A DNA stretch of 64,000 nucleotides from the human T2T-CHM13v2.0 reference genome, Homo sapiens, in NCBI RefSeq assembly GCF_009914755.1, contig NC_060936.1; one strand, 5' to 3'. The translations under genes were made by a program, and so were the position numbers. Every line of letters starts with the position of its first letter. Positions within the stretch are counted from its first letter, which is position 1. Below the pieces are notes generated by a model that was not told the DNA's origin, did no database searches, and worked only from the letters and a program-made list of their open reading frames with translations. This document shows, one piece after another, positions 62,402 through 64,000 of the stretch.

Positions 62402-64000
62402 AAGACAAAAGGAAAAACAAAAATTTAAAAAGTGGAAATTAAAGTGTAGATTTTTTTAGTTTTTTTTAGTTTTATTTGTTTGTTTATGTAATCAGTGTTA
62501 AATTGTCATCAGTTTAAGATAATGGGTTATAAGACAGTATTTGCAAGCCTCACTTTAATCTCAAATCAAAAAACATACAATGAATACACATACCAAAAAA
62601 GCAAAAAATTAAATTACACCACCAGAAAAAATAACTTTCACTGAAAGGATGACAGGAAGGAAGAAAAAAAAGAAGAGAAGACCACAAAACAATCTGAAAA
62701 CAAATAACAAAATGGCAGGAGTAAGTCTTTACTTATCAATAAAAACATGGAATGTAAATGGACTAAACCCTCCCATCAAAAGACATAGAGTGGCAGAATG
62801 GATTAAAATAAAACAAAAAACAAGATCCAATGACTTGTTACCTACAAGAAACTCACTTCACCTATGAAGACACACATAGACTGAAAACAAATGGATGGAA
62901 AAAGATATTCCATGCCAATGAAAACAAAAAAGCCGGAGTAGCTATACTTATATCAGACAAAATAGATTGCAAGTCAAAAACAATAGGAAGAGACAAAGAA
63001 GGTCATTATATAATGATAAAGGGGTCAATTCAGCAAGAGAATATAAGAATTTTAAATATAAATGCACCCAACACTGGAGCACCTAGATATATAAAGCAAA
63101 TATTACTAGAGCTAAAGAGAGATAGACCACACCATGATACAATAATACCTAGAGACTTCAATACACCACTTTCAGCATTGGACAGATCTTCCAGACAGAA
63201 AATCAACAAGGAAACATCAGACTTAATCTGCACGGTAGACCAAATGGACCTAATAGATATTAACAGAACATTTTATCCAGTGACTGCAGAATATGTTCTT
63301 TTTATCAGCACATGTATCATTCTCAAGGATAGACCATATTGTAGGTTACAAAATACATTTTAAAATATTCAAAAATATTATAATAATATCAAGAATCTTC
63401 TCTGACCACAATGGAACAGAACTAGACATCAATAACAAGAGGGATTTTGGAAATTATATAAACACGTGGAAATGAAACAATATGCTCCTAACTGACCAGT
63501 GAGTCAATGAAGAAATTAAGAAGGAAATTGAAAAATTTCTTAAAACAAATGATAATGGATACACAACATACCAAAACCTATGGGATACAATGTAAGCAGT
63601 ACTAAGAGGGACGTTTATAGCTAAAAGTGCCTATATCAAAAAAGAAGTAAAACTTCAAATAAATAACTAAATCATCCATCTTAAATAAGTAGAAAAGCAA
63701 GAGCAACCCAAACCCAAAATTAGCAGAAGAAAAGAAATAATAAAAATTAGAGCAGGAATAAATTAAATTGAAATGAAGAAAACAATATAAAAGATTATCA
63801 AAACTAAAAGTTTGTTTTTCGAAAAGATAAAAAGAATTGACAAACCTTTAGCCAGACTGATAAAGAAAAAAAAGAGAGAATAAATAAAATAAATAAAATC
63901 AGAGATGAAAAAACAAACATTACAACTGATATTATAGAAATTTGAAGGATCATTAGTGGCTACCATGAACAACTATATGCTAATAAATTGGAAAATCTAG
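62402..64000 (+). mobile_element. Continuation of the middle old L1 (inter-ORF region + decayed ORF2 EN); runs off the window
   Basis: Sequence resumes across the young L1's TSD; decayed EN peptide (LQETH, AGVAILISDK, DFNTPLS) at 62712-63500. Confidence 0.88.

Overview
Hominid (human or other great-ape) genomic DNA, not microbial. The first ~2 kb hold the last three coding exons, stop codon and poly(A) signal of MYRFL (+ strand). I reconstructed these by hand from splice sites; the ORF track misses them. They were recognised by similarity of the C-terminus (...[36 protein letters not shown]) to MYRF as I recall it. The remaining ~62 kb is gene-poor and repeat-rich (Alu, MIR, L2, MaLR/ERV LTRs, DNA-transposon fossils, microsatellites), with a few candidate non-coding exons. 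The last 15 kb is a three-level nest of LINE-1 elements. The innermost is a near-full-length young L1 with dead ORF1/ORF2, an intact 71-aa ORF0, and a 5' truncation at its YY1 site. The most unusual structure is a compound L1 insertion at 29.8-30.5 kb: a short young L1 sits inside the tail of an older, inverted L1. It has a templated hairpin at its 5' junction, a 20-nt orphan (transduction-like) tag, and 387/388 identity to the full-length L1 32 kb away. I found no evidence for a wholly new protein-coding system. Repeat subfamily calls are from recalled consensus sequences and should be confirmed with RepeatMasker/Dfam.
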